Position numbers and translations under genes: made by a program. Below the pieces are notes generated by a model. That model saw only the letters and a program-made list of their open reading frames with translations. It did no database searches and was not told where the DNA came from. This document shows positions 62,476 through 64,000 of a stretch of 64,000 nucleotides of DNA, in pieces; the first letter of the stretch is position 1, and the number at the start of each line of letters is the position of its first letter. Source of the stretch: Eledone cirrhosa (Eukaryota); assembly GCA_964016885.1 (NCBI GenBank), contig OZ024746.1, positions 868,001 through 932,000 on the forward strand. The letters are read 5' to 3'.

Positions 62476-62623
62476 GTTAGAACACGAAAAGTGTGAAACA
62501 ACAGAATGTTCACTTTTCGTGTTCTAACATATATGCCTAGCTTCTTCATAAATTTTTCGGGAATAGCCGTGGTGGTGGTGATCGTATGTCATTGGCTAAT
62601 TTTCAACCAATCAGAGTAAGTGT

Positions 62624-62735
<112 letters not shown>

Positions 62736-64000
62736 TATTGCCCCTCTCTCTATATATATCTTACGCTTTCGCTTTACACTTCTCCCCTTCAATAACACAT
62801 TTCCCCCTCTCTATATATCTCTTCCACTGTTACTTACGCCTGTTTCTCTCTATCTGTTCCGTCTCTATATATATCTCTCTTACTCTTTCGCTTTGCACTC
62901 CTCCCCTTCAATACCATCTCTCCCCCTCTCTATATATTTGTTACTCTATCGCTGCACGCTCCTCTCCTTCAATATATCAATTACACACGCTTTACACTTC
63001 TTTATCCCCAGCGCCCCTATATACACCCCCCCCCCTCCCGCATCTATATTTTAATGTTCCGTTGCACCGTGAATATATGTGTCTATATATATATATACAT
63101 ATATATTGTATATACACATTCATGTATGTGTATACACACTCATGTATGTATATACACTGGTTTTATGTGTGTATTGTAAATTTGTACTGTTAAAACACGA
63201 AACTAACATTCGATTGACACTTTGATTACCTGTACAGGCAATAGTTATTAGAATGCTGTTGAAGTGTGTATATATTTTTGGGGGACATCCTGTATATACA
63301 CACATTATATATAATACAATAAACAGATAAATACACACATATATATATGAGCTTATTTAATTATAAATATTGTGAATTTTTAACTCAGTTCAATTATATA
63401 TATAAATGGCTTCTACAGGACTAGAACTGTTTCATTCGAAAGAAATCATCATAATATTGAGACGGGGGACTAGATAAAATATTTCAAATCAAATGTGTAT
63501 AAGTTATAAGTTAAAATGTATAAATAGAGACGATAGTGGAGGTATATCTGTTTAGTGGAACAGTAGACGATAGAATTAAATACAGACGAGAATCTCCCTT
63601 TAATGAAACAGCAGACGATAGAATTAAGGCAATTTAAATTTTAAGCATTTGCATTTTTGCCTTTCATCGTTACGGGGTCGATAAAATAAAGTACCAGTAA
63701 TACACTGTCACTATAAGTAGACGACTTTCAAATTGAATTGTTGGTTCCATTTCTTTAGTATTTTCAATTGTAGTTATCTACTTAAAAAGCGTTACACGGT
63801 TAGAGACATAATTGGTAAGTTATATCTTCCCTATTAAACCATTGCATTATTTCGCCTACAATAGAATAAAAATGAAATGTTCTTTAAAGAAACAGGAATA
63901 TAACTTTATAAAAAAAAAAGTTGCATCCGCTTCTTTTATCATTGATAATTTTTTCGTTTTAATATTAATTGTTTTTTGTAGTTGTTTATATTAAAAATCT

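Overview
AT-rich, repeat-dense animal genomic DNA. The tRNA-derived/CORE-type SINEs, the RTE, CR1 and Penelope content and the long microsatellites suggest a coleoid cephalopod, probably Octopus (inference). Two spliced genes were assembled by hand with GT-AG junctions and consistent phases. (1) A complete 8-exon glutathione S-transferase kappa (GSTK1) on the minus strand, 37029->9513, 229 aa, ending in the peroxisomal signal SKL. (2) A 114-aa signal-peptide protein with two EF-hands on the plus strand, CDS 53779->59590, with a TATA box, a 5' non-coding exon and a polyA signal; its last intron holds a near full-length RTE LINE. The most striking unexplained structure lies in the first 6.5 kb: five dispersed plus-strand stem-loops share an iron-responsive-element (IRE)-like design (5-bp upper stem, CAGWG loop, bulge, lower stem) with compensatory base changes. 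They lie upstream of a polyA signal, consistent with a multi-IRE 3'UTR of a gene upstream of the window. The rest is CR1/RTE/CRE/R4 LINE fragments, Helitron pieces, MITEs, SINEs, degenerate hammerhead-like folds, many minisatellites and a ~3-4 kb tandem duplication. Almost all ORFs in the supplied track are repeat artefacts.
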